A stretch of 34,506 bases of DNA from IMG/VR virus record IMGVR_UViG_3300025035_000001; one strand, given 5' to 3'. Below the pieces are notes generated by a model. The model worked only from the letters and a program-made list of their open reading frames with translations, was not told where the DNA came from and did no database searches. The DNA comes from a virus. Position 1 is the first letter of the stretch; each line of letters begins with the position of its first letter. Of the stretch, positions 1 through 10,546 are shown one piece after another. A program made the translations under genes and the position numbers.

Positions 1-1506
1 TGTGGAAATTTAAGACTGAATACTACAGTTAATAAAACAACTCCTTATAGACATTCTATCGGCTTTTATATTACAGTAGGTTCACAGACAGTTCATTCTG
101 ATGATTGTTTTTATTATTTTTTTAAAGTACTTAATAATAAATTATATCGTCAAGAAGTAGCTAAGGAAGGAAATTCCTCACTAGGGAGTCTTAATGATAC
201 CGGTTTTGTTGTTCCTTTATTAGGTCAGATACCTGTTGGAGATATGGTGTTAATTGAAAATCTTTTATATTTATTTCCAATGGTATCTACGGATATTATT
301 GTAGTAGATATTACTAATTTTTCAATTGTTAAAACTATTCCTTTTGTGGATGCTAACGGTCCTGTTTATAAAGTTGGTAATTATATATATGCGTTTCCTA
401 AACAAGAAGGTTTAAATAAAAATATTACGTCGTTTGCCTACAAACCTTTAGGTGCAAACAGAATTGCTAAATTTGATACGATTAATGAGACTTTTAGTTT
501 GATTTCTTTAAACAGCGAATTTGAGTTTAATCAAGTAGAGCGATACAATGATTATCTTTATGCAAACGCTTCTGGTTCTAATAAGTTAATTCAGTTAGAT
601 ATTACTACTGATGTAGTGACTTACTTAGATAAATCCGTTGTTGCAGGAGCTTATGATTTACCAGGTTATCAAAGAGTTGTTGGAGACAGTTTGTTTTATC
701 CTGCAAATAACCGAGCGCACTTAGTGAGAAGAAACTTAATCACTCAAACTGATACACTTATTCCTACAGGCTTATCTCCAGACAATCTATGGGGAACATA
801 TAAGCCCCCTCTAATAAGAAGACCTCATTTAGCAGATAGTTACAAAGTAGGTGAAAAATATTATTTTACTGTTGACGATGCGGTAGGTGTGACCAATATA
901 CTTACCTATCAAGCTATAGAATTTGACCCTATATCAGATACTTTTAATATTGTTCCTTTTAGTCGAGACGTAATTCAATGTAAAACTAATTTAGTATCTA
1001 CTCCAGTTGGAGATTTTTGGGGAGATAGTGGAAAATATTTAAAACGTCCAAGCCTACCAAGAGCATGGCTATACAATTCTTTTCGAAGTACTAATAATGT
1101 AGAAACTAGAAATTTATATACCGTTAACTCAATTAGCTACCTCACCACAACGGCTTCTAATCAAATAGACATTAATAAATTAAACAATTTAAATATTTCT
1201 TTTAAAGAGGTTTTTACAAATGTGTCTACAAACATTGGAATTTTAATTTCGTTTGACGGTAGAAATAACTGGGGAGTATTAACAGATGAGAATACTTTTA
1301 ATATTGTAACAACTAATACCAATCTACCTAGTTACGATTGGTTTTCGACTGTTGGAGTAAGTAGTATGACTACTTCGAATTTACAAAGTTTTGTAGATAT
1401 TGATATAAGCAGTTATACTACTTTAGATATTGCGATTGGTATGTCAACTTCTTCAAATGTGGTATCTCCTAATTTAAAAGGTATAAATATAAACGCTACG
1501 CTATAA
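1..1506 (+). CDS. Putative tail fibre/receptor-binding or other virion structural protein, 5'-truncated by the window
   Basis: The frame of the listed ORF 244..1506 is open back to base 1 (CGNLRLNTTVNK...), so the true start lies upstream. It has beta-rich repeated strands of propeller-like character and lies in a structural gene run. Confidence 0.45.
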   Translation, partial: CGNLRLNTTVNKTTPYRHSIGFYITVGSQTVHSDDCFYYFFKVLNNKLYRQEVAKEGNSSLGSLNDTGFVVPLLGQIPVGDMVLIENLLYLFPMVSTDIIVVDITNFSIVKTIPFVDANGPVYKVGNYIYAFPKQEGLNKNITSFAYKPLGANRIAKFDTINETFSLISLNSEFEFNQVERYNDYLYANASGSNKLIQLDITTDVVTYLDKSVVAGAYDLPGYQRVVGDSLFYPANNRAHLVRRNLITQTDTLIPTGLSPDNLWGTYKPPLIRRPHLADSYKVGEKYYFTVDDAVGVTNILTYQAIEFDPISDTFNIVPFSRDVIQCKTNLVSTPVGDFWGDSGKYLKRPSLPRAWLYNSFRSTNNVETRNLYTVNSISYLTTTASNQIDINKLNNLNISFKEVFTNVSTNIGILISFDGRNNWGVLTDENTFNIVTTNTNLPSYDWFSTVGVSSMTTSNLQSFVDIDISSYTTLDIAIGMSTSSNVVSPNLKGININATL

Positions 1507-1531
1507 ATAGTGTTAAATCGGTTGAAAAAAA

Positions 1532-1548
1532 TTATATTAGTAACATGG
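1532..1548 (+). promoter_or_regulatory. Putative late promoter/translation start element TTATATTAGTAACATGG
   Basis: An identical 17-mer occurs at 30432-30448. In both copies TATATT begins 12 nt before the ATG. Confidence 0.5.
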
Positions 1549-2858
1549 CAATAATTATAGATGAAATATCGTCAATCGTACCGGGTTTTAACGTAACTAT
1601 AAGTGCTACATGGACACAAGTATCTTGTAGTTATGAACTTTTATTTACTGATACTAGTAGCCCTTCTGTTCAAACGTATGACAACGTCTTAATAGAATAT
1701 TATCAAGGTACAAAATTATTAGGTTCTACTAAAAAAGGTCAAACTTTTAATTATAACTTTGGTGAGACAGGTGTAAACGTAATTAGACAAGTTTATAGTA
1801 TTTATCAAGAAGATGTTAATCACACTAATTCTCGTGAAGTATTATTATACCAAGCAGATTATGAATTTAATGTATTAATACAAGAATGGCAACCAGAATT
1901 TAAATTTGGAAAAGGTTCTAAGTTTTTTCCTAAAGCAGAATTAGATATAACTCCTTCTATTGTAGAATTAAATAACAATGTTTGTGGAATTTTACCGAAC
2001 GCTAATTCGGGTTATAAAGCATCTTTAACACCTATAAACGGTTTTTACGATGGTAACTTTTATGCAAACTTTGATGTTTCTTTACAGACCCTTACTTACG
2101 AACTATTTTTGTACGATGTAGAAGTTTCTGACTTTTTAAAAGTGCCTGCTGCTACACAAAGTTTAATGGTGAGTACCGACAACCCTATTAATTACACTTT
2201 TAATTATGAAACATCTACACTTGGAGCTTATAAATTAAAAGGTAAACTACAAAACTGTTGTAATATTTCAGAAGATGAGATTATTTTTTCAACCGTAGAT
2301 ACGCTTAGGATTAAACGTAATTGTGAATCAGTTATTGAATGTAATGACTGCACCGGTTATACGATCTATAATGAGACATTAACTGATATTGAAGTTATCA
2401 TCTATGATCAGATTAAAAACAAAGAGATACATAGATTGCTTGTTCCTTCTTTATCGAATGTTCCTTATAGTTTTACAGATGATGGTGTTTATAGATTATC
2501 TTGGGACGACTTATTTGGAGTAAATATCAATACTATTATCGTAAATCAATGTGATATAGATAGTTGTTACATTAATTTACTTAAACTTTTATTGTGTAGA
2601 ACACAAGCGAAACCTTGTTGTAATGATGCTTATTTAGAAAGTCGATTAGCCAACGTTCAACCAATGTATCAAACATTTATAAGTTTAATTGAACCTTATG
2701 TAAACATAGAAAGACGTTATTCGTCTACTGATATAACCAAGCAATTACAAGATTTCTTAGACATTGGTGAAATAATTAATCAGTTGTTAGATTTTTGTGA
2801 TGTTTGTGAAAGAGGTTGTAGTTCATGTTTTGATTGGAATAAAGGAAGCTGCATATAA
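1545..2858 (+). CDS. Virion structural protein with Ig/PKD-like beta domains and a Cys-rich helical C-terminus (possible tail hub/fibre attachment)
   Basis: 437 aa ORF. The N-terminal two-thirds is beta-strand rich. The C-terminus has Cys clusters (CDIDSC...KPCC...FCDVCERGCSSC). TAATG overlap with the next gene. Confidence 0.45.
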   Translation: MAIIIDEISSIVPGFNVTISATWTQVSCSYELLFTDTSSPSVQTYDNVLIEYYQGTKLLGSTKKGQTFNYNFGETGVNVIRQVYSIYQEDVNHTNSREVLLYQADYEFNVLIQEWQPEFKFGKGSKFFPKAELDITPSIVELNNNVCGILPNANSGYKASLTPINGFYDGNFYANFDVSLQTLTYELFLYDVEVSDFLKVPAATQSLMVSTDNPINYTFNYETSTLGAYKLKGKLQNCCNISEDEIIFSTVDTLRIKRNCESVIECNDCTGYTIYNETLTDIEVIIYDQIKNKEIHRLLVPSLSNVPYSFTDDGVYRLSWDDLFGVNINTIIVNQCDIDSCYINLLKLLLCRTQAKPCCNDAYLESRLANVQPMYQTFISLIEPYVNIERRYSSTDITKQLQDFLDIGEIINQLLDFCDVCERGCSSCFDWNKGSCI

Positions 2859-4909
2859 TGGGATTAATACAATATACCACCATAGTAGATAAAGCTTGTT
2901 GTGGTGGAGTTTCTACCGAATATCAAATACCTATCGGTTCAACTCCTCACGAAATAGCTACTCTTACCGGTATGTCTATTCACAAAGCAATAGAGTTATC
3001 TGAAAGAGCAATTGAAAAAAACAAAGATATTTGTCCTACTCTTTATTTTAATGTTGAGATAACTGATTCTTTGCAGAAAAATAATTGTCAATATGGAGTA
3101 GGCGGTTCTGTATCTGTAACCATACCGGCAAACAAATACAGTTCTCAATTATCACAATTAGAAGCTAACCGTAAAGCACAAGAAGAGTTTGACAATACCG
3201 CTCAATCGATTGCTAATCAGTTAGGTACTTGTACAACATTTTGTAACGATAGTAACTGTCCTTCTGAAATTGTTAAAAGTATTAACGAATGTGGTGAATT
3301 TAGAAGAAAACAACGTTGTTTAAATGGAACTTGTATAGAGTTTGGAGATGTGTTTTTTATCTGTACGGGTAATTGCCGCAGTGAAATCTGTTTAGAACCT
3401 TGCACTACTTGCAGTACACAATGTCCAACAGGAGTATGTATAGAAAATCATACTTGTGTTAACGGTATTTGTGTTCCTAACTGTGAAGGTCAGCCTTGTT
3501 CAAGATTATGTAGAAACGGTTATTGCCCTCAAGGTTCAGACTGTATAAATGGGCAGTGTAGTGATATACCTATTTCGTGTACGGTGTGTAGTACATTATG
3601 TCCTACAGGTTCTTGCCCGAACGGTCAAACTTGTGTAAAAGGAATATGTACACCTAATTGTACAGGTCAACCTTGTTCAAGAACTTGTAGAAATGGTGAA
3701 TGTCCAACATGTTTTAATTGTCAAGAAGGTGAATGTGTAAGACCAAATTGTTCAACAGGACAAGTTTTGAATACAACGACTTGTAAATGTGAACCGATTC
3801 CTTGTGATCCAACATGTACAGAATATAGAAATTTTGACTTAGATACTGAATGTAGAATAGCCTTTACTTCGCAAAGATGTGTTAATAAAACTTGTGTTGA
3901 TGTAGTTACTCGATTTGAAAATAAACTTGACAACACTACTTGTACAGGAGGTATCTGTAATTCAGGAGCTTGTCAAACAGAATGTATACCTGACTGCGTA
4001 CAAAACAAATGGATTCAAGATACTGCAAAAGAATGTCAAGAAAGTCGACAAAAAATAGAATGTGTTAATGCTGTTTGTACACCAACAATTATTGAATTTA
4101 AAAATAAACCGAATGGTACATCTTGTATTGATGGAGAATGTCAAGAAGGTGTTTGTACGCCACCGCCTACCACTTCAACAATTTGTGGAATATATTCAGG
4201 AGGTGCTGCATCATCAGGTTTCGCAACTATAATTGATAGTGTTTTTCCTGCCACTTTTAAGGGCTATATAGTATTTCAATTTAGCACAGTAAGTAAAGGT
4301 AAATTCGAATTATTTAAAGCCACCTCTTATCCTGAGAATGGAGTACCTAACATAAATACATTTTCTATGCCGACATCAGGAAATGGAACGAGTACTTCAA
4401 GTGTAGGTACAATGGTTGCTACAACCGGACAGAAAATATATAACGGTTATGATAATCAAGGTACTTGCATTACTTTAAATAATAATGGAGTAGGTTGTGG
4501 CGGATTTGCTCAAAACAGAGTAGATATAAATACAGGTAAAACAATTTCTCAAAATATTAACACTATTCCTTTCACACCTGCTGGTGAAGGTAATGGGTTT
4601 TCTTTTTTTAGACAAGCGACGGGTAATGTAGATACAAGTGATTCTCGATTTATAGGTGTAGATTTAATATATGACAATCGAATTTTAGAATTACAAAAAG
4701 AAACCGGTATTGTTGGATCATTTTTATCGTCAATACCTTTTAATGTTGGAGGAACTCAACCAGGTAATAGCATTTATGTATCCCTTCAACAATTAGTTTA
4801 CACTAGAACAAACGGTTCAGTATCTAATCCTGAATTATTTATGTTTCGAAGTACAAAAGCAACAGCTTATACCTATAATATTTACTTAGTTCATTGTTTC
4901 CCTGACTGA
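2858..4909 (+). CDS. Cys-rich repeat protein with an N-terminal DUF5977-like domain (putative fibre/adhesin)
   Basis: YFNVEITDSLQKNNC...GGSVSVTIPANKYSSQLSQLEANRKAQEE...QSIANQLGTC resembles DUF5977 from memory. It is followed by about 50 Cys in about 310 aa of tandem repeats and a Gly/Thr-rich C-terminal globular region. Confidence 0.6.
   Translation: MGLIQYTTIVDKACCGGVSTEYQIPIGSTPHEIATLTGMSIHKAIELSERAIEKNKDICPTLYFNVEITDSLQKNNCQYGVGGSVSVTIPANKYSSQLSQLEANRKAQEEFDNTAQSIANQLGTCTTFCNDSNCPSEIVKSINECGEFRRKQRCLNGTCIEFGDVFFICTGNCRSEICLEPCTTCSTQCPTGVCIENHTCVNGICVPNCEGQPCSRLCRNGYCPQGSDCINGQCSDIPISCTVCSTLCPTGSCPNGQTCVKGICTPNCTGQPCSRTCRNGECPTCFNCQEGECVRPNCSTGQVLNTTTCKCEPIPCDPTCTEYRNFDLDTECRIAFTSQRCVNKTCVDVVTRFENKLDNTTCTGGICNSGACQTECIPDCVQNKWIQDTAKECQESRQKIECVNAVCTPTIIEFKNKPNGTSCIDGECQEGVCTPPPTTSTICGIYSGGAASSGFATIIDSVFPATFKGYIVFQFSTVSKGKFELFKATSYPENGVPNINTFSMPTSGNGTSTSSVGTMVATTGQKIYNGYDNQGTCITLNNNGVGCGGFAQNRVDINTGKTISQNINTIPFTPAGEGNGFSFFRQATGNVDTSDSRFIGVDLIYDNRILELQKETGIVGSFLSSIPFNVGGTQPGNSIYVSLQQLVYTRTNGSVSNPELFMFRSTKATAYTYNIYLVHCFPD
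3401..3754 (+). repeat. Tandem 59-codon (177 nt) Cys-rich coding repeat, 2 copies
   Basis: CTTCSTQCPTGVCIENHTCVNGICVPNCEGQPCSRLCRNGYCP (from 3401) vs CTVCSTLCPTGSCPNGQTCVKGICTPNCTGQPCSRTCRNGECP (from 3578). Confidence 0.9.
3803..4160 (+). repeat. Second type of Cys-rich coding repeat, 2 diverged copies of about 60 aa
   Basis: CDPTC...DTECR...RCVNKTC...FENKLDNTTCTGGICNSGAC vs CIPDC...KECQ...ECVNAVC...FKNKPNGTSCIDGECQEGVC. Confidence 0.8.
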
Positions 4910-4911
4910 AA

Positions 4912-6114
4912 ATGATACAATCTACACCATATCGAGTAAATACGAAATATGAGAAGTTAGCTAATGATGCTTTTCAAATTGTTCGCAAGGCAATAATGGA
5001 AGAACTGCGTGAAGCTAATGAATATTCAGAATTAGGTATTGAAATAACTAAGGCTAATATTGAAAGGTATTATTATCTAATTAATTACTTAATTTATATT
5101 CGTCAAGTAATTGATAATTGGCTTGAATCATCTGGAAATACTTGTTTATCTGAAAAAGATTATCAAAAAGTATTAGATGCCTATTTAATAAATTGTATTA
5201 TTAAAGATGGTATTTGTGATAAATATACCAATAATCTGATTAATTTAATTCTTAAAGTGCCTAAATGTGTTGAACCTTTTACTTATGTTTGGACAGGTTT
5301 AGGTATTTGTTCTCCTACTGGAGGTGAAAATTTAGTAGAACGAGTAAACTTATCTAAATATCAATCAGGTGTATATATTGAAACATTAGAAATACCTACA
5401 GAAATATCGTTGGAAGCGTTTAAGTTTTACGTACCTGAAGGAACACAAGAATTATTAGATGCACGCTTCATCTCAAGTTCACCAAATGATAACTGTTGTT
5501 TTGAAATAATTCCTGTATCACCAATTGTTATATTAGACGAAGTACGTAATAATGATTTTACTGCGACTTGGGATGGAGGAACAGTATATAATATAATACT
5601 GACTCGTGTTTCAGATAATGCAGAATTAGTAAATGAATTTACAACAGATACGGTAAGAACGTTTACCAATTTAGATATTTCAACATCTTATCAATTAAGT
5701 GTGATTTTAACAAATTGTGCAGGAACAAGTACTTCTTTTTTAGTGGTAACCACTTTACCTTATTATGTAAACATAAATATTTGCCCTAGTCTTTCATCAC
5801 AATTAACATTAACAAATGCTGTAGAAGGGTCAAATATTGTAGAAATTTACGGTGACACCTTTAGATTTAGGTTTGATGATTTAACAGAACCGTATTTTAC
5901 AGTAAATTCTGTAACCGTAAATAGTGTAGATTATTTAAATAGTGTTATATTCGATAAAAGTATAAGTACAGTAGACACTGGTGGTATTATTGAGATAGCG
6001 GGTATTACTGAAGATAAAACAGTAAATATTTGTGGTGTTCAAGGAAACGTTTGTAATGCAATTAGTTCTTTTTACGACGATTCAATTGAAACAATAACAA
6101 TGAGAGTGATATAA
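4912..6114 (+). CDS. Virion structural protein with a helical N-terminus and a fibronectin type III-like domain
   Basis: Central segment PVSPIVILDEVRNNDFTATWDGGTVYNIIL...RTFTNLDISTSYQLSV...VTTLP shows the FN3 pattern (W, Y, L-x-x-x-T-x-Y). Confidence 0.55.
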   Translation: MIQSTPYRVNTKYEKLANDAFQIVRKAIMEELREANEYSELGIEITKANIERYYYLINYLIYIRQVIDNWLESSGNTCLSEKDYQKVLDAYLINCIIKDGICDKYTNNLINLILKVPKCVEPFTYVWTGLGICSPTGGENLVERVNLSKYQSGVYIETLEIPTEISLEAFKFYVPEGTQELLDARFISSSPNDNCCFEIIPVSPIVILDEVRNNDFTATWDGGTVYNIILTRVSDNAELVNEFTTDTVRTFTNLDISTSYQLSVILTNCAGTSTSFLVVTTLPYYVNINICPSLSSQLTLTNAVEGSNIVEIYGDTFRFRFDDLTEPYFTVNSVTVNSVDYLNSVIFDKSISTVDTGGIIEIAGITEDKTVNICGVQGNVCNAISSFYDDSIETITMRVI

Positions 6115-6146
6115 AAGTAAATTAAATTTAATATAATTGACATAGT

Positions 6147-7124
6147 ATGGAAGAAAACATAGAAGAAATCCAAGATGACGGTGTAGGTTTTGAAGCCGTC
6201 GAATTACCTGAAGAGATTTTTAATGAACCTTTAGAATCTATTAAACCTAATACAAGTGGTTTTGATGAGATTGAATTCTTTAAAAGAGAATTAGGTACCG
6301 ATGTAATTTACACTGGTGAAAACGCTGATATTCCAAGAGCTATTGCGGAAATGACACCAAAAGAAAGACTTTCGGCATTGAAATATCATTATGAATCTAA
6401 ATCTCCTAAACTTAACGATGATGAGTTTGAGTTTTTAGAATTGGTAAGACAGGGTAATTATGAATCGTTGTATAACGAATTAGGAAACCATTTAGGTAAA
6501 AATGAAGGCATTAGTGAAAACTATTTACCTACTGAAATCGAAGATAACACAGCTATTATTTGGAAATTAAAAACGGACTTTCCTGATTTTACAGATGAAC
6601 AATTGTTAGATAGAATGGAAATGATTAAACAATCGGCAACGTATGATATAGAAGTTGATAATTATAAAAAACAATATTCTAATTATGCAAATGCTTATAA
6701 TCAGCAACTTGAAGAACAAGAACGAAATATTTTAAAACAAGAAATAGAGTCAAATCAAACATTATTTTTAGAAGCTGCAAATTCGATGACTGATATTTAT
6801 GGATTTAACATAAGTGACGATTTGAAAGAAAAAGCTTTAGCTGATATTTTAGAATTTAATGAAGACGGTATTTCACCGTTTGTAGAGTTTGTAGATAAAC
6901 CTGAAGGTATGTTATATGCAGCTACATTGCTTAGAGCATTACCTGAAATTTCTGATTATGTGGCTGCTCGTCACGATGAGATTGATATGTTAAAAAAAGA
7001 GATTGAAAAATTAAAGCCAGTAAACAACACACAAACTTACTTTGAACCTGAAACTAACGAGAGAGTTAAAAAAGAAGACTTTTTAGAAAGACTTTTAAAA
7101 TCTCCAAGTTTCGGAGACGTGTAA
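6147..7124 (+). CDS. Acidic coiled-coil protein, putative capsid scaffolding protein
   Basis: 325 aa, very Glu/Asp-rich and helical. It lies directly upstream of the major capsid gene, the position of a conserved acidic gene in crAss-like phages. Confidence 0.55.
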   Translation: MEENIEEIQDDGVGFEAVELPEEIFNEPLESIKPNTSGFDEIEFFKRELGTDVIYTGENADIPRAIAEMTPKERLSALKYHYESKSPKLNDDEFEFLELVRQGNYESLYNELGNHLGKNEGISENYLPTEIEDNTAIIWKLKTDFPDFTDEQLLDRMEMIKQSATYDIEVDNYKKQYSNYANAYNQQLEEQERNILKQEIESNQTLFLEAANSMTDIYGFNISDDLKEKALADILEFNEDGISPFVEFVDKPEGMLYAATLLRALPEISDYVAARHDEIDMLKKEIEKLKPVNNTQTYFEPETNERVKKEDFLERLLKSPSFGDV

Positions 7125-7140
7125 TAAATTTTAATAACTT

Positions 7141-8661
7141 ATGAAATTAGTACAAAAAAACGATATTGCTAGATTTAGCAATCAAGCCTTTTCAGTAGGC
7201 TCTATGATGGAATTAATGGGTCGTCAACCTCATCATATTGCAGGCTACATCAGACACAAAAAACAATATAAACAAGGTCTAATGGCGATTACCGAAGGTT
7301 TAGGTAATGTTTATGTTGAAAATGCCGCAGATATGAAAAAACTAGAGGATATTGATACCTTTAGTTTTACATGGGATGTTGAGACATCACAAATTCCAGT
7401 AATCACCATCACTCGTGATTTAACAGATGATGCGACAAGTGGTAACCCTGTTACTATTTACACAGAATCTAAATATTTTAGTAAATACGACATTTTTGCT
7501 TTAGAGAACACACAACAACTGTATGTACTTACCGAACCCGATAGAGTTGCACCGAACGAATATGCTTACACTTGTAAGCTAATAACTACCCCAAGAACAG
7601 GAACAGCTATTCAATTAGCTTTTGCTACTGAAGGTCGTACAGCTCGTTACCTATATAACGCTCACCCTGAGTGGTCTGAATTTGGTTCTATTAAGCATCA
7701 CTACAACACAGAACGTCATATTAACTGGTTAACTAAAATTCGTTCTGACCAGACTTATTCAAATGACTTTCGTGCTACACAAGATTTGTACTTCATGTCT
7801 GACTCGGATATTAAAAAAGCAGCAGATGTACGTGGAGGGACTTATAAAATCTTTAAATTAGATAGTGTTGAGCAAGGTGTGTTAGACCATTTTATCTTAT
7901 CCGCTAACAATCAACTTTTATTTGGGCGTAGTTTTATGGATGAAAAAACAGGTCGTTCTAACATCCAAGTAAACAATAACCAAGATGTAATTGCTGGTGA
8001 CGGTTTAATTGCTCAATATGAACGATATGCTTATTATATAGATTATAATAAATTATCAGTTCGTGATTTTCAAGATGCTATTGAGCATATCTCTGATAAA
8101 AGAGGTGAGTCACAAGGTAACCATATTACGGTAATTCATAACCGTAAATTTTCTCGTCAAAAAGCAAACGCTTTGCAATCAGCGATTCAGTTCTTCGCTC
8201 CTCAAAACAACGGAACTTGGTTCTTTGGACGTGATGATGAAAAATATGCAGATAACTATGATGGAATGGCGAGATATAGTTCACTCAAAAGAAAAACATA
8301 TCCTAATCCAGTTGCGGTAGGTGCTACTTTTAATACTTATATCTATGAAGGTAACACAATCACATTTGTAGAAGATGCTTCTTTGACTTCACATTATCAA
8401 GATAGAGGTTATGCTATTTTTGTAGATACTGGTATTTATGAAGACGAAAAAGGTCAAGTTCCAGGTATTCACTTAAAAACTTTAAAAGGTAGAGCACTTG
8501 TTAAATCTCACATTACAGGTATTGGTGGAATTGACGGTACTACATCAGGATTAGCTTCTAACGCTGCGGACGGTGGACGTTTTGTAGCTTTAGGATGGAG
8601 AGGACTTTGTGTAAGAAATCCTTACGCAGCGGTTATCTTTGAAGAAAACTTAGAGTATTAA
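7141..8661 (+). CDS. Major capsid protein (crAss-like, HK97 fold)
   Basis: 506 aa. Segments such as FTWDVET, YFSKYDIFALEN, HPEWSEFG...ERHINWLTKIR, QLLFGRS...GDGLIAQYER and GLCVRNPY resemble crAss-family MCPs. It is followed by a strong terminator. Confidence 0.85.
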   Translation: MKLVQKNDIARFSNQAFSVGSMMELMGRQPHHIAGYIRHKKQYKQGLMAITEGLGNVYVENAADMKKLEDIDTFSFTWDVETSQIPVITITRDLTDDATSGNPVTIYTESKYFSKYDIFALENTQQLYVLTEPDRVAPNEYAYTCKLITTPRTGTAIQLAFATEGRTARYLYNAHPEWSEFGSIKHHYNTERHINWLTKIRSDQTYSNDFRATQDLYFMSDSDIKKAADVRGGTYKIFKLDSVEQGVLDHFILSANNQLLFGRSFMDEKTGRSNIQVNNNQDVIAGDGLIAQYERYAYYIDYNKLSVRDFQDAIEHISDKRGESQGNHITVIHNRKFSRQKANALQSAIQFFAPQNNGTWFFGRDDEKYADNYDGMARYSSLKRKTYPNPVAVGATFNTYIYEGNTITFVEDASLTSHYQDRGYAIFVDTGIYEDEKGQVPGIHLKTLKGRALVKSHITGIGGIDGTTSGLASNAADGGRFVALGWRGLCVRNPYAAVIFEENLEY

Positions 8662-8666
8662 CCATT

Positions 8667-8706
8667 AAAGTAAGAGAGTTATTCTTTAATTTCTCTCTTA
8701 CTTTTT
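8667..8706 (+). terminator. Rho-independent terminator after the MCP gene
   Basis: Perfect 12-bp inverted repeat AAAGTAAGAGAG...CTCTCTTACTTT followed by a T-rich tract. Confidence 0.75.
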
Positions 8707-8743
8707 ATATTTTTTAATAAAGTTTGAATAAATATTATACAGT

Positions 8744-9703
8744 ATGATGACAGTAAACGAATCTCGTAAACTACGAGAAAAGAAGGTATTAGATATTTTA
8801 TCTAACAAATCAGGTCTTGTTGAATTTCGTTCTTATCATGGTAATACTACGCACCAACGTAAAGTAAAACCTATGATTGATAAAGCAACAGGTTGGTATA
8901 AAGGTGTTGAACGTTTATCGGAAGAACAAAAAAAATCAACAAGTAATCCTTTTGTAGACCCTGAAGATGAAAATAATTTATTATCTTCAGTGCGATTAAA
9001 ACATAAAGATACTTACGATTTATCTGTTGAAAAAGACAGATTGATTTTATCATGGTTACTTAGATGTGAAAGAACCGTAGCTTTAGATAGAGTGTCAGGA
9101 ATAAATGACCCGAAAATAACGTTTTATGTTCATAATCACTTAATTGAGGTAAGTACAAGAACTAACAATTTCTTAATTAAAGACAAAGCAGCTCAAACGT
9201 TAATGAATCTATCCTCAGATGATTTATATAAAGTATGTAGATTATTAAATTATTCGATTTCAAACAGTGAACCAAATGAGGTTCGTTTATTTATTAGAGA
9301 GCAGTTTGAAGATCCTAAAAAAGGTGCAAAAAATGCTGATAAGTTCTTAAAAGTATTAGAAGATAGAGAAGCAGATGTAAAAGACTTTATTTTAAGAGCT
9401 GTTAAAATGGGTATTATTGTAACAAAAAACTTTGGACATTCAGAAGTACATTACTATTATGGTGGAGACCCTGATAAAGTTCAAAATACTGTGTTTTTAG
9501 GGAACAATTTAACTAGAACTATTGCTTTCTTTAGAGAGACCGGTGCTAGAAATAGACACGTTTTATTAGATATTGAGTCTGAAATGGGACAACCGATACC
9601 GGGGAATAAGTTAGCTAGAGAACCTAAAGTAGAAGAAGAATCACAAGAAGTAACTACTCCAGATTCTCCAGCAAGAACAACTCGTCGAAAGACAACAAAA
9701 TAA
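8744..9703 (+). CDS. Conserved crAss-like protein following MCP (gene 75-like), function unknown
   Basis: 319 aa at the expected syntenic position. Motif LKHKDTYDLSVEKDRLILSWL, a helical C-terminal region and a low-complexity tail. Confidence 0.55.
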   Translation: MMTVNESRKLREKKVLDILSNKSGLVEFRSYHGNTTHQRKVKPMIDKATGWYKGVERLSEEQKKSTSNPFVDPEDENNLLSSVRLKHKDTYDLSVEKDRLILSWLLRCERTVALDRVSGINDPKITFYVHNHLIEVSTRTNNFLIKDKAAQTLMNLSSDDLYKVCRLLNYSISNSEPNEVRLFIREQFEDPKKGAKNADKFLKVLEDREADVKDFILRAVKMGIIVTKNFGHSEVHYYYGGDPDKVQNTVFLGNNLTRTIAFFRETGARNRHVLLDIESEMGQPIPGNKLAREPKVEEESQEVTTPDSPARTTRRKTTK

Positions 9704-9706
9704 AAT

Positions 9707-10474
9707 ATGACAACAAAAGAATTATATGAAGGAGTCCTTACCGAGGTAGCTAAAGAGCAATCACCACATATACAATTATATGAGTTTAATCATTATGCGA
9801 ATGAAGCGGTTAGTGATTTTGTAGACGACATTTACATCGCATTTGAAGCAAGTCAAAAATCATTAGATTATTTGAAAGCTATCAAACGTACAATAAATAT
9901 TACTACGGCAGGTGTACCAGACCCTGAAAACGCAACATTAACAATACAATTAAATCCGGGTGATTATCCTGATTCTAATCGCTTTGATTTACCTAGTAAT
10001 TATCGACATCTCACCAATTTAATTGTTAATTATAATGTATCTCAACCTATTTTTAACACTTGTTATGAAGTAGGTGATAGATTCCAGTACGGTTCTAAAA
10101 GATTAGATTCCGATAGGTATTCTTCGATTATTGCTGACCCTTGGAACAGACCTAGATATTTTAGAATTTATCATTCTATTTTAGACCAAGAATGTTATGT
10201 ATTTTCAGGTGTACATCCCGGATTAGATATTGAATCTGTTCAGATGGATTACTTAAAAACACCTAAAAGAATTAATATTACTTTACAACAGGCTTTTCAA
10301 GATACGATTGATAATTCAGAAGTACTTGAATTTGACGATATTGCAAGTCGGAAAATACTTGATAAAATTGTTCAAAAGATTTTAGAAAGAAATCAAGACC
10401 CAAGAACTTCTTCACATTCACAAATTAACCAATTACAACCCCCTGCGGATGTGATTCAGAACGTAAGACAATAA
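9707..10474 (+). CDS. Tail ring/adaptor protein (crAss gene 74-like)
   Basis: MTTKELYEGVLTEVAKEQSP...EFNHYANEAV, FDLPSNYRHL and DYLKTPKRINIT resemble crAss ring proteins. Synteny agrees. Confidence 0.65.
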   Translation: MTTKELYEGVLTEVAKEQSPHIQLYEFNHYANEAVSDFVDDIYIAFEASQKSLDYLKAIKRTINITTAGVPDPENATLTIQLNPGDYPDSNRFDLPSNYRHLTNLIVNYNVSQPIFNTCYEVGDRFQYGSKRLDSDRYSSIIADPWNRPRYFRIYHSILDQECYVFSGVHPGLDIESVQMDYLKTPKRINITLQQAFQDTIDNSEVLEFDDIASRKILDKIVQKILERNQDPRTSSHSQINQLQPPADVIQNVRQ

Positions 10475-10479
10475 AAAAT

Positions 10480-10546
10480 AAATCATTAAAGGGGCAGGAT
10501 GGTTTAAAAACCACCTCAAATGATTTTAATTTTTCGTAACTCCTGC
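10480..10546 (+). promoter_or_regulatory. Structured intergenic leader with possible alternative pairing or pseudoknot
   Basis: AAATCATT (10480-87) pairs with AATGATTT (10519-26). Inner hairpin TGGTTT/AAACCA (10500-13). GCAGGA (10494-99) is complementary to TCCTGC (10541-46). Confidence 0.4.

Noticed and set aside
4912-7141. Absence of portal/terminase immediately upstream of scaffold-MCP as a novelty
   Set aside because: Fibre genes separate portal and MCP in some known crAss-like phages, so these genes probably lie just outside the window.
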